64,000 bases of DNA. Source: Carcharhinus longimanus. Taxonomy: Eukaryota. Positions 1-12,185 of this stretch are shown piece after piece. The position numbers and the translations under genes were made by a program. Position 1 is the first letter of the stretch. Each line of letters begins with the position of its first letter. The stretch covers positions 60,953,606 through 61,017,605 of the forward strand of contig JASCQW010000043.1 in NCBI GenBank assembly GCA_030264375.1, read 5' to 3'. The notes beneath the pieces were generated by a model. That model was given only the letters and a program-made list of their open reading frames with translations, had not been told where the DNA came from and ran no database searches.

Positions 1-213
1 CCACATTCTGGTGCCTGTTCGGGTACACTGAGGGAGAATTTAGCATGGCCAATGCACCTAACCAGTACATCTTTCAGACGGTGGAAGGAAGCCCACACAG
101 ACACGGAGAGAACGTTCAGACTCCGCACAGACAGTGACCCAAGCTGGGAATCAAACCAGGGTCCCTGGTGCTGTGAGGCAGCAGTGATAACCACAGTGCC
201 ACCATGCCACCTC
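1..213 (-). mobile_element. tRNA-derived V-SINE (HE1-like), tail type A, cut by window edge
   Basis: Reverse strand reads GGTGGCACTGTGGTTATCACTGCTGCCTCACAGC...GGTTTGATTCCC (A/B boxes), then the body shared with >10 copies in the window. Confidence 0.8.
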
Positions 214-1554
214 ACGTTACCTCATTAATGAGCGAGTTAAAAACACCAATGGATATTAAACACACACATATATCAGATACTATTAGTATGTTTATCATTC
301 TAATAAAAGAAAGGACACTTGCGATGACATAATGTTGCAGATAGCTTTAAGTCTTCCTAGTACCCTCCAGATGGATTCCTATTCATTGTTGAAATGAGAT
401 ATGGCCAGGAGGCAAAGATTCTTTTCCAAATTAACCCTTATTTACATCTTTAACTATGTACAAAGCTTTGGGACAGAGACATTGCTTATCTCTCGGATTG
501 TCCTCATTTTCACCTGGGTGACATCATTATTACATAGCTCCTTACACACGTGCTCAGTAGCTATTGTTAGAGCAGTATTAGAGTTAACTTTTTACTCTAC
601 ATATACAATTTTTCCAAAATTGCACAGTGTTGGATCAGGCAAAACAAGCTATGTGAGAATCATCGGCTTCACAGACGCCTTTTCTTGCCAGGTTTAACAG
701 CACCAGTATTGGCAAAGATTACACAGCCAGCTAGAGGGATGGGGCCTAAACACACTGGCAAAGCCAGTCTTCTGAGTCCTGGGTCTGATCTCTTAAAGAT
801 AAATTTCAGATTCCCCGTTCCCTCACCATGGAGATTGGGGACCCTCCAAAGAATCAGGGCACCCCCACCAAATGCCAAATTGGGACACCCACCCACCTTG
901 CAGCATTGAGGTTCTCTGCTCTCCCCCACAGATCCTTCACAGGCATTGGGGTCCTCCATAATATGGGGGGATGGGGGAGGCGGATGATGCCAAAATCAGC
1001 TCCTTCATTTCATTAATCTGTGTTGAATTCAAGTTGTATTGTCAAAAGTAAAGAGATATTTGTCAAACATCAGTCCCCTATACACACAAAGGTTACTTTG
1101 GTTCTATGGCATGTCATGTAGAAATTGAGTAAGTCAAACCCTAAAGAACCCCACCTAGACCCTGAACACAAAATGAAACATACCTGCATTGCCAAGTGGA
1201 AATTCAGTCGGCATGAGAATGAGGCCTTCGTAAGGTGCATAATTAGCAATAATTGGCCTCAGTTGGCTTGGCAATGCTTTCTGGTGGACAGCTAATTTGA
1301 CCCTGAACCATCCTTGCTGAAAATGGCTTGGGGTTGGGGTCATGGTGGTGAACCAGCACACAAGATCACAGCGCCAAACCACCTCCAAAACCAGGATCAT
1401 TTAAAAAGTCTGGGCCATGTAGCCAATTCTAATCTCATTAACCTTTACATTCATTAGAGATTTGTTAATTCTATATCATAGCAATTTGTTCTGTATTCAG
1501 TCCAGGTTACATTATTTTCATCTCTATGTATCAATTTAATTTACGTAATGCATG

Positions 1555-1682
1555 TACATATCACATGGAGTGCAGCAGTTCAAGAAGGTGGATTGCCACC
1601 ACTTTCTCAAGGACAAGTAGGGATGGGCAATAAAATGCTTGCCTAGCAAAGAATGCCCACATCTTGTGAAAGAACAAAAGAA
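1555..1682 (+). mobile_element. 3' tail of CR1-group LINE (same family as 21240-23885)
   Basis: GCAGCAGTTCAAGAAGG...GGATGGGCAATAAAATGC...GCCCACATC; reverse-complement copies at ~18400 and ~21240. Confidence 0.6.
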
Positions 1683-1785
1683 GTAGTACATTTCAATAGT
1701 TGATTAATCAATATAACCTTAAGTTGTGCTGCTATTATTTTCTGGATATGTTGATTAGTGAATTGGGTTCTTGCTTATGTTTCAG

Positions 1786-1965
1786 AATGCAGTTCAAACC
1801 ATGAAACAATATATTGACTTACAAAAGGTGAGATTCTCCCAGTTGATTAAACAGTATTCTCAGCATGTTACTTTAAAAGAGGCAGAGAAAAAAATCAAGC
1901 ACTACGTTGTTACACCAAAGCCCACTTCAGAAGTTTACAAAAGAATGAAAGAACTGTACATAAAG
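1786..1965 (+). CDS. Internal exon A of uncharacterised FAM186-like gene (NAVQTMKQYIDLQKVRFSQLIKQY...KRMKELYIK)
   Basis: tttcag acceptor, aag|gtact donor, 180 nt open, phase 0-0, helical K/E-rich peptide that joins exon B in frame. Confidence 0.75.
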
Positions 1966-2759
1966 GTACTTCATCATAACTAACATAAGTTGCTAACACC
2001 TGATGCAATTCTATATTACTAAAAGACTTGCCTATGATATGTGCTACCTGTCCACAAATTTTACTTCTGATTGTCACAGTATTGAGAAACATTTCCAATG
2101 TCAATCTATATAATAGATGTTGTATGTGCGAATGTTTATAATTGGAATTTCCAATCTAAACATCCTGGGCTGAATAATACACAACAACAAGGGCCTGTAC
2201 TCTACCTACATGTTATTAGATGCAATGTTGTGTTGCATTCCCAACATCAACATATCAGAACTTAATAATACTGTTGGTGGGTGGGCCTAGAAATTGGGAG
2301 CCTGCCCACCTTATTTAAATTGGTTTCAAATGGTTTGTTAAAGTGGCAATTGACTGGAAAAATACATACAGGGGAGCAATACAAAGTTGAAAGAGTGTGA
2401 ATTATGCCAGGTGGGGATCTCATATTCTTTACTGAAAGATTGTAAGAGTGGTTAAATGTCACCAACTGTGTCCTTTGTTAGACCTCAGCAGTTCAGGCTG
2501 CTGTGAGTGCCGCTACATTTGTTATTGAAAGCAGTGAGTAAAGGCAATACCATTGCTGTTTTAAAGCTGCAATGTGCCTGCAGGGAAGTGCAGTTCATGC
2601 CTCATCTGTAACTCAGCCTGTTTGGTTGTAAGAACAGGGGAATAGTAGTGTCCATAGGAAACACATCCTCCAAAGAGGAGGAGCAGAAGGAGATTGAGAG
2701 AGAGAAGGCCAGATGATCAGGTGCAGGATGCACTGGTGGTATATGAGGGTAAGCACAAT

Positions 2760-2925
2760 AAGAAGTCTCACAACACCAGGTTAAAGTCCAACAGGTTTAT
2801 TTGGCAGCTCAAGCTTTCAGAGTCTTAGGGGCTCCTTCTTCGGGTGAGTGAGGGGTTGTGTTCACAAACAGGGCAAATATAGACACAAACTCAATTTACA
2901 AGATAATGGTTGGAATGGAGTATGA
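2760..2925. mobile_element. Penelope-like element terminal-repeat fragment
   Basis: AAGAAGTCTCACAACACCAGGTTAAAGTCCAACAGGTTTATTTG; opposite-orientation copy at 32313-32400; degenerate hammerhead core on the minus strand. Confidence 0.55.
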
Positions 2926-3301
2926 AGGTTGCAGACCAATTTGAATATGCTTCTCCTGCACTTGAGTGGACAAAATCACAGCATAGCCAATTCCAGGAAA
3001 AAATCCCAGAAAATCCCAGCAAAGAGTCTAATGAATGGCTTTCTAAAATCTATATTACTTGCTGTTCTTCTCCATCAGAAACATCTGTAATTGGGTAAAA
3101 TGAGACCTGAAAATCTTACCATTGATGTCTAATTTCAATTTAAAATTATGTTTGAACTCATTTGAGCTTCATTATTACCATCAGAAGCTCCTTTAATTCC
3201 CCCTCCTCCAACCCACACCCTCATCCTGTACCATAGATTATAGTCTTGTAATAATGCTCTCAAGTCTGTTATTCCATATCTTTAATTTAAAATATTTTCA
3301 G

Positions 3302-3444
3302 AGGAAAAAACGATGGAATGAACAAGCCTTGAAATTTACAGAACAAAGAATAAATCTTGCCAATACTTTGATGAATACTTTGGAACATATTGAAAAAGAA
3401 TCTGGTTTGTTCTTAATTAAGCCATCATTGTCGTGGAAAGGAAG
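3302..3444 (+). CDS. Internal exon B of FAM186-like gene (RKKRWNEQALKFTEQRINLANTLMNTLEHIEKESGLFLIKPSLSWKGR)
   Basis: ttttcag acceptor, ag|gtaaat donor, 143 nt, phase 0-2. Confidence 0.8.
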
Positions 3445-4420
3445 GTAAATTTGTCACTGTTCAAGTTGTTGCTTTTAAACAAAAAGTGTGAATAATCTTG
3501 TTCTTTCTAAAGCATCTATGGAGATACATAGGCACATCCAACTTCCACAATATCCCCCTTTTCAAAAGACAGAGTATTCCTCTCTTCCAATGGAGTATAA
3601 CTATTTGTAATCAAATCTCTGATTTTATCATTTTAAATGGTCTCGAGGCTTGACAGCTCTTTCACATCTCATCTGTCATGTTTGGAGGAATGGTAATAGC
3701 ACTCTCATGTTTCTGGTGCTTGGTTATTTCCATTAAATTCACTTTTTGGGGTCCCCAGAGTTGCATTTCTCTTTGTTAACAACTTGTCTGCTTTTTTTTT
3801 TTGGACACTGTGAGTTTGTCCCATGCCTGCCAAAGGCAATGTGTGCTATGTTAATTTCTAGTCAACTCAAATTTCCTTTTTCCCTGGTGTCTGCCATGTT
3901 TTCACTGGAGGTATATGCATCGCAAATGGAATCTTAATTTCCAACATTTGTTTACTGTTTTTTTTCTCATTGTTTTGCAAGCTTATGATTCTCTTCATCA
4001 GCTCAATAGTTCACAGTACCTCTGATTCATCCAGTACTTTTTCTTCTTGTTCCTTGCACTTCAGTGTCAGTTTTACATTTCCTTCCTGTCTGTTCTGTCT
4101 GTTGGGAACAGAATTTTGTCTTTGTTCTTAATTTTGGTTTCAATATTGGCCATGTCTGTCTTTGACAAAGTGCTAATTTGTTACAGTTCTGTAATTGTGC
4201 TATTCATGGTTTCATTATCAGACCATAAGATGGCGGAGTGAAGGAGGGCTAAAAGAGGACATGAGAAGACTTTGGCTGATAGGATTAAGGAGAATCCTAA
4301 GGCGTTCTATAGGTATGTCAANNNNNNNNNNNNNNNNNNNNNNNNNNNNNNNNNNNNNNNNNNNNNNNNNNNNNNNNNNNNNNNNNNNNNNNNNNNNNNN
4401 NNNNNNNNNNNNNNNNNNNN

Positions 4421-5000
4421 NAACTCCACTTTTCCTCCTTATCTCCACAACCCTTGATTCCCTTACAGATGAAAAGTCTGTCTATCTCAGCCTTGAACAT
4501 ACTTAATGATCCAGCCTCTACAGTAAAGAATTCCATACATTCGCTATCCTGTCAGGGAATAAATTCCTTTTCATCTCTGTCTTAAATGGGTGACCCCTTA
4601 TTCTGAGATTATGCCTTCTGTCTTGGATTCTCTCATAAGGGGAAACAACATCGCAATGTGTTAGACTGTAAAGCCCCCTCAGAATTCTATATGTCTCAAT
4701 AAGTTGCCTCTCATTCTTTTAAACTCCAATGAGTACACAGCCTTTCCTTATAAGAAAATCCCTCCATACCCAGGATAAAGCTAGTGAACCTTCTCTGGAT
4801 TGCCACCAATGCTAGTATATCTTTCCATAGATAAGGGGAGCAAAACTGTTCACAGTATTCCAGGTGTGGTCTAATGAGTGCCTGATACAGTTTTAGCAAG
4901 ACTTCTCTATTTTTATACTCCATTCTCTTTGAAATAAAGGGCGACACTCCATTTTCCTTCCCGCTATTATTTGTTTGCAGATTGGAAGGTTTTGTGGATT
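4421..5000 (-). mobile_element. CR1 LINE 3' ORF2 fragment
   Basis: ISKRMEYKNREVLLKLYQALIRPHLEYCEQFCSPYL..DILAL..IQRRFT, the CR1 post-RT motif. Confidence 0.85.
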
Positions 5001-6197
5001 TTCCTTTCATTGCCTCCTCGTTTTCATACAACTGCTTCTTCAGCTCTTCAAGTCTGTTTTTCTTTGTAGCTTTTGGCTTCCATCTGGAATATGAAACATT
5101 GCTGACTCTTCTGCCAACTTGATCTTCAGTTTGTTCAGAATAATATTAAATTCATTTTGTTTCTCTTTGTAATCTAGTTGAAATATATTTGTCCTGGTGG
5201 ATTCTTGTGAAGGTCTTTAACTGGTATTTCCTTTCTTTGCAAAGCTCATTTGCTTCCATTTTGAGCTTTCCTGTAATTCAGTAGTCTCAAGTTTCTCCTG
5301 CTGTGTCTCTGTTCTACTGTTTAGGGCAGTTTTCATTTCTGCATGTTACTGAATGGTTTTGCATTTGATCGTGAATGATAATCAAATCAACTGTTCTTCC
5401 AAATGTTTACTTTCTTGTTAGTCTCTTGCCAAATCACTCGGTGTATCATGACTGATCGTTTCAATTAGCTCCTCATGTTTTTCCATCGCTATGTTTTCAT
5501 TATGTTTGAGGTCTGATATTAACCACAAAGACACTGGTAGTAAACTAACTGGAACAGTTCATTAACCCATCTTTGTCCTTGCACATTCAGCACAACACAA
5601 GCTCAGTAAGCTTGATACGTGGTGGAGCTTGAGTCCTGAGTCACCTGACCCGCTCTTTTAAAGGGGCATGCCCCAACATACAAAACACTCCTCCCCTCTT
5701 ACTTCAAAATCTTCACATAACATATGTACATTTTTAACACGATTACTTAAAGACACAATTCAACTATGTACAAAAACATGAATATAAACATCAACTGTGA
5801 ATGATAATGTCAAAGTCCATTAAAAGTCTGTGTAGACATAACTAGTCTATCTGGAGGACTATAGTTCCTGGACAACTCTCTCTTTGCCACCTGGCTCAAC
5901 TCGGGTGTTCTTCTCCAAATCTCCGGAAGCTCTGTCTTCCTCTCTTGCCTGGTTGCAGTCATTAGCAGCTTCTGCCTACGTTTCCTTTCTGGTCAGAACT
6001 CCCTCCGTTTCAGGAACACAAGATTCAGTTGGTTCCTCCAGCTATTCTTGCAACAATTCTATGTCAGGGAGGACTTCCCTGCTTTGATGTAGAGTAGCCG
6101 TGTATCTCCTCCAGATCCGTTCGTCCTTAGTCTGAACAGTGAATGACACTGGCTACCACTGTATTAACGTTACCGACCTTCATAAGGCGTGTTTTAC

Positions 6198-7143
6198 CTC
6201 CCACCTCCTCTACGATAACCTGCAACATCAATGCCCCACAAGGCTGTGTTCTCAGCCCCCTACTATATTCTTTGCACACCTATGACTGTGCGGCCAAATT
6301 CTTCTCCAATTCAATTTTCAAGTCTGCTGACAACATCACTGTAGTGGGTTGGATCTCAAGCAATGACGAGACAGAGTACAGGAATGAGATAGAGAATCTG
6401 GTGAACTGGTGTGGCAACAATAATATCTCCCTTAATGTCAACAAAATGAAGGAGATTGTNNNNNNNNNNNNNNNNNNNNNNNNNNNNNNNNNNNNNNNNN
6501 NNNNNNNNNNNNNNNNNNNNNNNNNNNNNNNNNNNNNNNNNNNNNNNNNNNNNNNNNNNNNNNNNNNNNNNNNNNNNNNNNNNNNNNNNNNNNNNNNNNN
6601 NNNNNNNNNNNNNNNNNNNNNNNNNNNNNNNNNNNNNNNNNNNNNNNNNNNNNNNNNNNNNNNNNNNNNNNNNNNNNNNNNNNNNNNNNNNNNNNNNNNN
6701 NNNNNNNNNNNNNNNNNNNNNNNNNNNNNNNNNNNNNNNNNNNNNNNNNNNNNNNNNNNNNNNNNNNNNNNNNNNNNNNNNNNNNNNNNNNNNNNNNNNN
6801 NNNNNNNNNNNNNNNNNNNNNNNNNNNNNNNNNNNNNNNNNNNNNNNNNNNNNNNNNNNNNNNNNNNNNNNNNNNNNNNNNNNNNNNNNNNNNNNNNNNN
6901 NNNNNNNNNNNNNNNNNNNNNNNNNNNNNNNNNNNNNNNNNNNNNNNNNNNNNNNNNNNNNNNNNNNNNNNNNNNNNNNNNNNNNNNNNNNNNNNNNCTT
7001 TGCATTAACTTGATCTTTCTTTGCACCCTAGCTATGACTGTAACACTACATTCTGCACTGTCTTGTTTCCTTCTCTATGAACAGTGTGTTCTTTTCACTG
7101 TATGTTAATACATGGGGGAACAATAATAAATCAAATCAAATCA
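6198..7143 (+). mobile_element. Rex1/Babar LINE, 5'-truncated, spans a gap
   Basis: APQGCVLSPLLYSLHTYDC..IFKSADNITVVG RT motifs; ends in (TCAAA)n. Confidence 0.8.
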
Positions 7144-9669
7144 GTGAGCCTCTTCACACCTGAATCCATCTCTATGGTCAGCCTTTACCCAGATGATAGT
7201 GGAAAGTTTTCAACATGGTGGCCCAATCTGGCACAAATTTGTCATAATTTATCAATCCCAGAAATGATTGTAACTGTGATACATTCTCTGGTCTGGGAAC
7301 TTGCTTGATGGCCTCCGTTTGCTTGGGTGCCTTGTGTAGTCTCCCTCTATCAATGACGTGGCATAGGTATTCAAACGAATCTTTAAAGAATTCGCATTTC
7401 TCTTTCTTTACTTGCAGGCCATGCTCCCGCAATCATCTGAGCATCTAATCAAGGTTCTTCAAATGCTCCTCCTCGGTGGAGCCAGTCACCAAAATGTTGT
7501 CCAGGTAACATTGGACTATACTTAAAGTTTGGTCCATTGCTCTTTGGAAAAGGGCTGGTGCCGACATAATACCGAAAGGAAGACACATAACTGAAAAACC
7601 CCCATTGAGTTATGATCATCAGAGGTGGTTGGGACTCTTCTGCAGCTCTCATTTGAAGGAAAACTTGAGATAAGTCCATCTTCAAAAATTTCTTGCCTCC
7701 TGCTGATCCACTAAATAAGTCCTCAATCAGAGGAAGTGGGTACTGGTCTGCAAACAGTGCCGGGTTTACGGTTACCTTGAAGTCCCCACAGGTTCTCACT
7801 GAGCCATCAATCTTCAAAACTGGCACATTTGGGCTGGCCCATTCATTAGTTGAGAATGCTTCCAATGTCTTCATGCTCAACAGATGTTCTAATTCGGCCT
7901 CTACCTTTTGGTCTAATTGTATATGGCACTGAACATGCCTCAGGCTCCTTGGATGAGCCTCTGACTTAAACTGAATCTTTATCTCGATTCCTTTCAACTT
8001 ACCTAGGGTCTCTTTGAATACATCCTTGTATCTCTCTAGGGCAGCATCTCCCTTGTTTTCGAATCCACCAGCCTATTTATCATGTTTCAGTTTAATTTTA
8101 ATTTCTGCAGCCAGGAGCATCCAATCAATACAAGGTAGTCAGTCTGGACCATATAGAACAGTAGCTCCAATCATTGGTCCCTCAAATGTACCTTTACCAG
8201 CTCCATATAAGTACATAGGTGATTCNNNNNNNNNNAAGGCTTCAATGTCAGTTTTTTCACCTTGTCTCTGTATATGGAATCCATGATCAGTGATACCATT
8301 GCCCATTATCTATTTTGGAATAGATATGGAAGGACCCAGAATCTATCGGTTTCACCTCCAACCAATAAAATATTAAACTGAAATTCTGTTGATTTGGGTT
8401 CTTCTGCCTCCTCGGCAGATCCAGTGGACTCTGAACCCTTCTTGGCTGGCAGCATGTATCTTGAGCCTAGCTTTTTGGTTCCTCTCCCTCTGAGTCTGCT
8501 TTTCTTCTTTTAATCGTGCCCAGGCAATATGCCCCACCTGTTTACACCAGCAACATTGAGCCTTGAGTCCAACATGTGGGCTCTTTATGGCCAGACTTGC
8601 CGTAGCGATGGCATTCTATGGTTGACACCATGTTCTACTGCTCTTAGCTACTTTGTGGACTCTGGCACTGACACCGACCCCAACTGTGTTACTTCATTTT
8701 CAGCCAGTTCCATGGAAGTAGCTACATCAAAAGCCACTTTAAAGTCAAGACACTTTTGTCAGCAATTTCCATTGTATCACTCCATTGCGAAACCCACACA
8801 CCAAACAATCCCTCAAGGCATCTTGTAAAAAAGTGCCCAATTTGCAGTGCTCAACAGACTCTTCAACACAGCCACAAATTGTACAATGGATTCACCTTCC
8901 CACTGCATTCTCTTAAAATATCAAAACTTTTCTGCTATCATAATTGGCTTCATGGCATAATGATTCCTGAGTGCTTTGCACAGCTCTGCTTGGGATCACT
9001 CTGCTGGTTTCTTTGATTGTATGAGACTTCTTAACATCACAAACATTTTACTCCATATAATGCTGAAGAAAACTGCCACTGCCAGATCACCCTCTACCTT
9101 ATTTACCTTTAAATAAGGGTTCTATGTAGAGCACCCAGCTTTCCATATCTTTATTGAAATGCCCATTGCTGCAAACTGGCCCTCCATTTCCTGGTTCCTT
9201 TGGTGGGGGTTTTCCAACCTTCACATTCTGTAGCCATTTTTCACGCATTTTTGCTGCTCTACATGTGCTTCTCACTGCCATTCCTTTGTTGACTATGCTC
9301 TCCTCCTTTGAGTCCCCTCAAAGTTACTTGCCTCCCAACAGTCTTGATGGAGACATCCCTCTCCTATACCTGGCCTCTGACTGGAGCCCGAGTCCCCTCG
9401 TGACCACTGCTTTCAGCCTTCCCAGCAAGTACCTCTGTGGCATTGAATGCAGTCTGAGGCCCCCGCAAACCTTCCTTTCGATGCCAAGGTGTGTTCTCTT
9501 GAATCTACCCCAGTACCTTGGCGATTCCCACTATTTTCAGAGTCCAGGATAACGATGTGAATCTTCCTCTCTCTCCTGAAAATTGGTGATGAATTACAGT
9601 CCATGGGCCATGACTCCATCCCTTTGCCAGTCATTATCTTTGAGATCTGATATAGAGACCAATAATAAA

Positions 9670-9795
9670 CTCTCCCTCAGTGTACCTGAACAGGTGCTGG
9701 AGTGTAGCAACTAGGAAATTTTCACAGTAACTTCATTGCAGTGTTGATGTAAGCCTACTTGTGACACTAATAAATTTTAAAACTTTAACTTTAAA
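9670..9795 (+). mobile_element. V-SINE tail type A fragment inside the Gypsy 5' LTR
   Basis: TCTCCCTCAGTGTACCTGAACAGG...GCCTACTTGTGACACTAATAAA. Confidence 0.75.
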
Positions 9796-9848
9796 AACCA
9801 CAAGATCAGTGGTTTTAACTAACTGGAAAGTTTATTAACACATCTTTA

Positions 9849-10115
9849 TAGAACATAGAACAGTACAGCACAGGAATAAGCCCTTCAGCCCATGATGTTA
9901 TGCCAAACATGATGTCAAATTAAACAAATCCCTTTTTCCTGCCGTTGGTCTATATCCCTCTATTTTTCACATATTCATGTGTTTATCTAAAGTCCCATAA
10001 ATGCCCCATCATATCTGCCTGCACCACTACCCCCAGCAGTGCATTCCAGACACTGACCCCTATCTGTGTTAAAGAAAACTTGCCCCTCCCATCTTCTTTG
10101 AATTTTCCCACTCCT
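9849..10115 (-). mobile_element. CR1 3' end fragment inside the Gypsy 5' LTR
   Basis: ATAGAACATAGAACAGTACAGCACAGGAA tail; RGKFSLTQIGVSVWNAL on minus strand. Confidence 0.75.
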
Positions 10116-10862
10116 AACACAGTCAGCATAAGACTGGCTAGACAAACACCTCCCAGGGTGGATCCTGAGTCCTGGATCACCTGACCTATTCCCTTAAAGG
10201 GGCATGCCCAAACATACATAACTGATTTGATTTAAGGAGTTTTTCAAGGCTCCAACTCCTTTGTGTGCTTTTGCTGCATACTATTTTTCCTGGGTGCGCA
10301 TCTGGTTAAGTTTTCCCAACTCCTGTTTTGATTAGCCAGCTGTGGAATTAAGGGTTGTGGTTTTGGCCTGATACCTTTGTCCTCTCTGAAATTTGTTTGT
10401 TCAGATTTTGAGCAGCTTGGTTCATTGAAGTCTTCAGTTTATTGAAGACTTCAGTTGATCATACACTTTTAAACGTATGTGCACTGCTTGAATCTTATTC
10501 TTCAATTCTTCCAGTTTAGCTTTGATGTGAACATCATCTTGTAGAACAGCTTCATTTACTTTTTGTTCATTTTGCTTCTTTTGAATTACCTCAGGTAGTG
10601 TTCCTTCATTCACAGCCATCTGTGCGTACCGGACTGCTGTTGCATTTGGATAGTCATCATTTTCAAAGAACTCTTTTTTTTTTAAGTCTTTCGGCTGCTT
10701 CTCAGCCATTTGTTTCTTCTGCACCAAGGTCTTTGGCTCATACATTTCAGTGGACTGACATGGCCACCAACCATCTTGTAGTTTACTTGCATATTGTTCC
10801 CCTCACTCTGGGCCTTCTGCAGTCCTCTTTCTGCGGTTTCTTGTTGCCCTTTGCATTTTATT

Positions 10863-11103
10863 AGGGTGAGTGCTGGACTGTCTAGCAGGACTAGAGGGCA
10901 CAGCCTCAGATAAGGGGGGGGCAATTTAGATCGGAGTTGAGGAGGAACTTCTTCACTCAAAGGGTGGTGAATCTCTGGAATTCTTAGTCCGTTGAAGTGG
11001 TGGAGGCTGCCTCGCTAAATATATTTAAATCACGGGTAGATAGGTTTCTGATAGACAAGGGAATTAAGGGTTATGGGGAGAAAGCGGGAAAGTGGAACTG
11101 ATC
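10863..11103 (+). mobile_element. CR1 3' end fragment
   Basis: Encodes TRGHSLRIRGGQFRSELRRNFFTQRVVNLWNS, the CR1 ORF2 C-terminus. Confidence 0.85.
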
Positions 11104-11669
11104 NNNNNNNNNNNNNNNNNNNNNNNNNNNNNNNNNNNNNNNNNNNNNNNNNNNNNNNNNNNNNNNNNNNNNNNNNNNNNNNNNNNNNNNNNNNNNNNNN
11201 NNNACTTGACGTTTGAAGTAACTGTCAAAGCCTTTTATTATCTCATCAAATGTTGTCAAGTATTGATCCATGCATAGGCTGTGGAGTATTTCACCAGCAA
11301 ATGAACCAAAGACAAATAAAAACGTTATCAACTTATACTTTTTCTGATTCCTTATTTAATCCTCTAAGTTTCCTGGAAACTAGAAATTGTCATCGCCAAG
11401 GCTCTCACTCTTTTGTTAAGTTTATCCATGCCTTTATTCAATGGGCTCTTTCAGTTTTGTTGTCTCTGGTCATTTTCTTCTCTTGTAGTTATAACTTTAA
11501 ATGTTGTCCCTGTGAAGCTATCAGAACAGTGACTGTTTTTTCAATCAGTTGGTTTCACTGTCTTTTTGTTTGTGAGCTTTTGCTGGGGAGATTTTTGGCN
11601 NNNNNNNNNTCCTCAATTTAAAAATACAAAAGGCTTCACAGGTGTTATATCTCACAATAAATATATCCA

Positions 11670-12185
11670 GCAGGAACAGAGGTAAGCCATTTGGCCCCTA
11701 AGCCTGCTCCAACATTTAGATAATCAGTGATGATCATACTCAGTGCAGTATTCCTTTCTCTCCATATCCTTTGATGTCTTTAGTGTCTAGAAATATATCT
11801 CTTTCCTTCTTGATATATTCAGTGACTTTGCCTCTGTTGTAGAGAATTCCACAGGTTCGCTAGCCTCTGAGTGAAGAAATGGCTCCTCATTTCATTCCTA
11901 AATGGCCTACCTCATATTCTGAGACTGTAACCCCTTCGTCTAAGACCTTCCCTCCACACCCCGCTTCCTGCACGCTAGCCAAAATATCACAGCTGCACCA
12001 ATCTGTCNNNNNNNNNNNNNNNNNNNNNNNNNNNNNNNNNNNNNNNNNNNNNNNNNNNNNNNNNNNNNNNNNNNNNNNNNNNNNNNNNNNNNNNNNNNNN
12101 NNNNNNNCCATGATCTTATTGAATGGCGGGGCAGGCTCGAAGGGCTAGATGGCCTACTCCTGTTCCTATTTCTTATGTTCTTAAC
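11670..12185. mobile_element. CR1 3' tail fragments in both orientations around a gap
   Basis: AGAGAATTCCACAGGTTC..CTCTGAGTGAAGAA (-); CCATGATCTTATTGAATGGCGGGGCAGGCTCGAAGGGC (+). Confidence 0.7.

Larger units (their letters stand above)
5503..10222 (-). mobile_element. Inner Gypsy LTR retrotransposon, decayed, both LTRs recognisable
   Basis: RT remnants WASPNVPVLKIDGSVRTCGDFKVTVNP..DQYPLPLIEDLF and GLQVKKEKCEFF (7140-8000); 3' LTR 5503-5687 is TG..CA with PPT AAGAGGGGAGGAG beside it; homologous, interrupted 5' LTR at ~9637-10222. Confidence 0.8.

Noticed and set aside
638-909. Open frame after a possible acceptor (ttgcacag) as an upstream exon of the FAM186-like gene
   Set aside because: No convincing donor and no recognisable protein similarity; cannot be supported
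10434-10745. 103-aa charged ORF on the minus strand
   Set aside because: Lies within the outer Gypsy relic, consistent with decayed gag; no splice context
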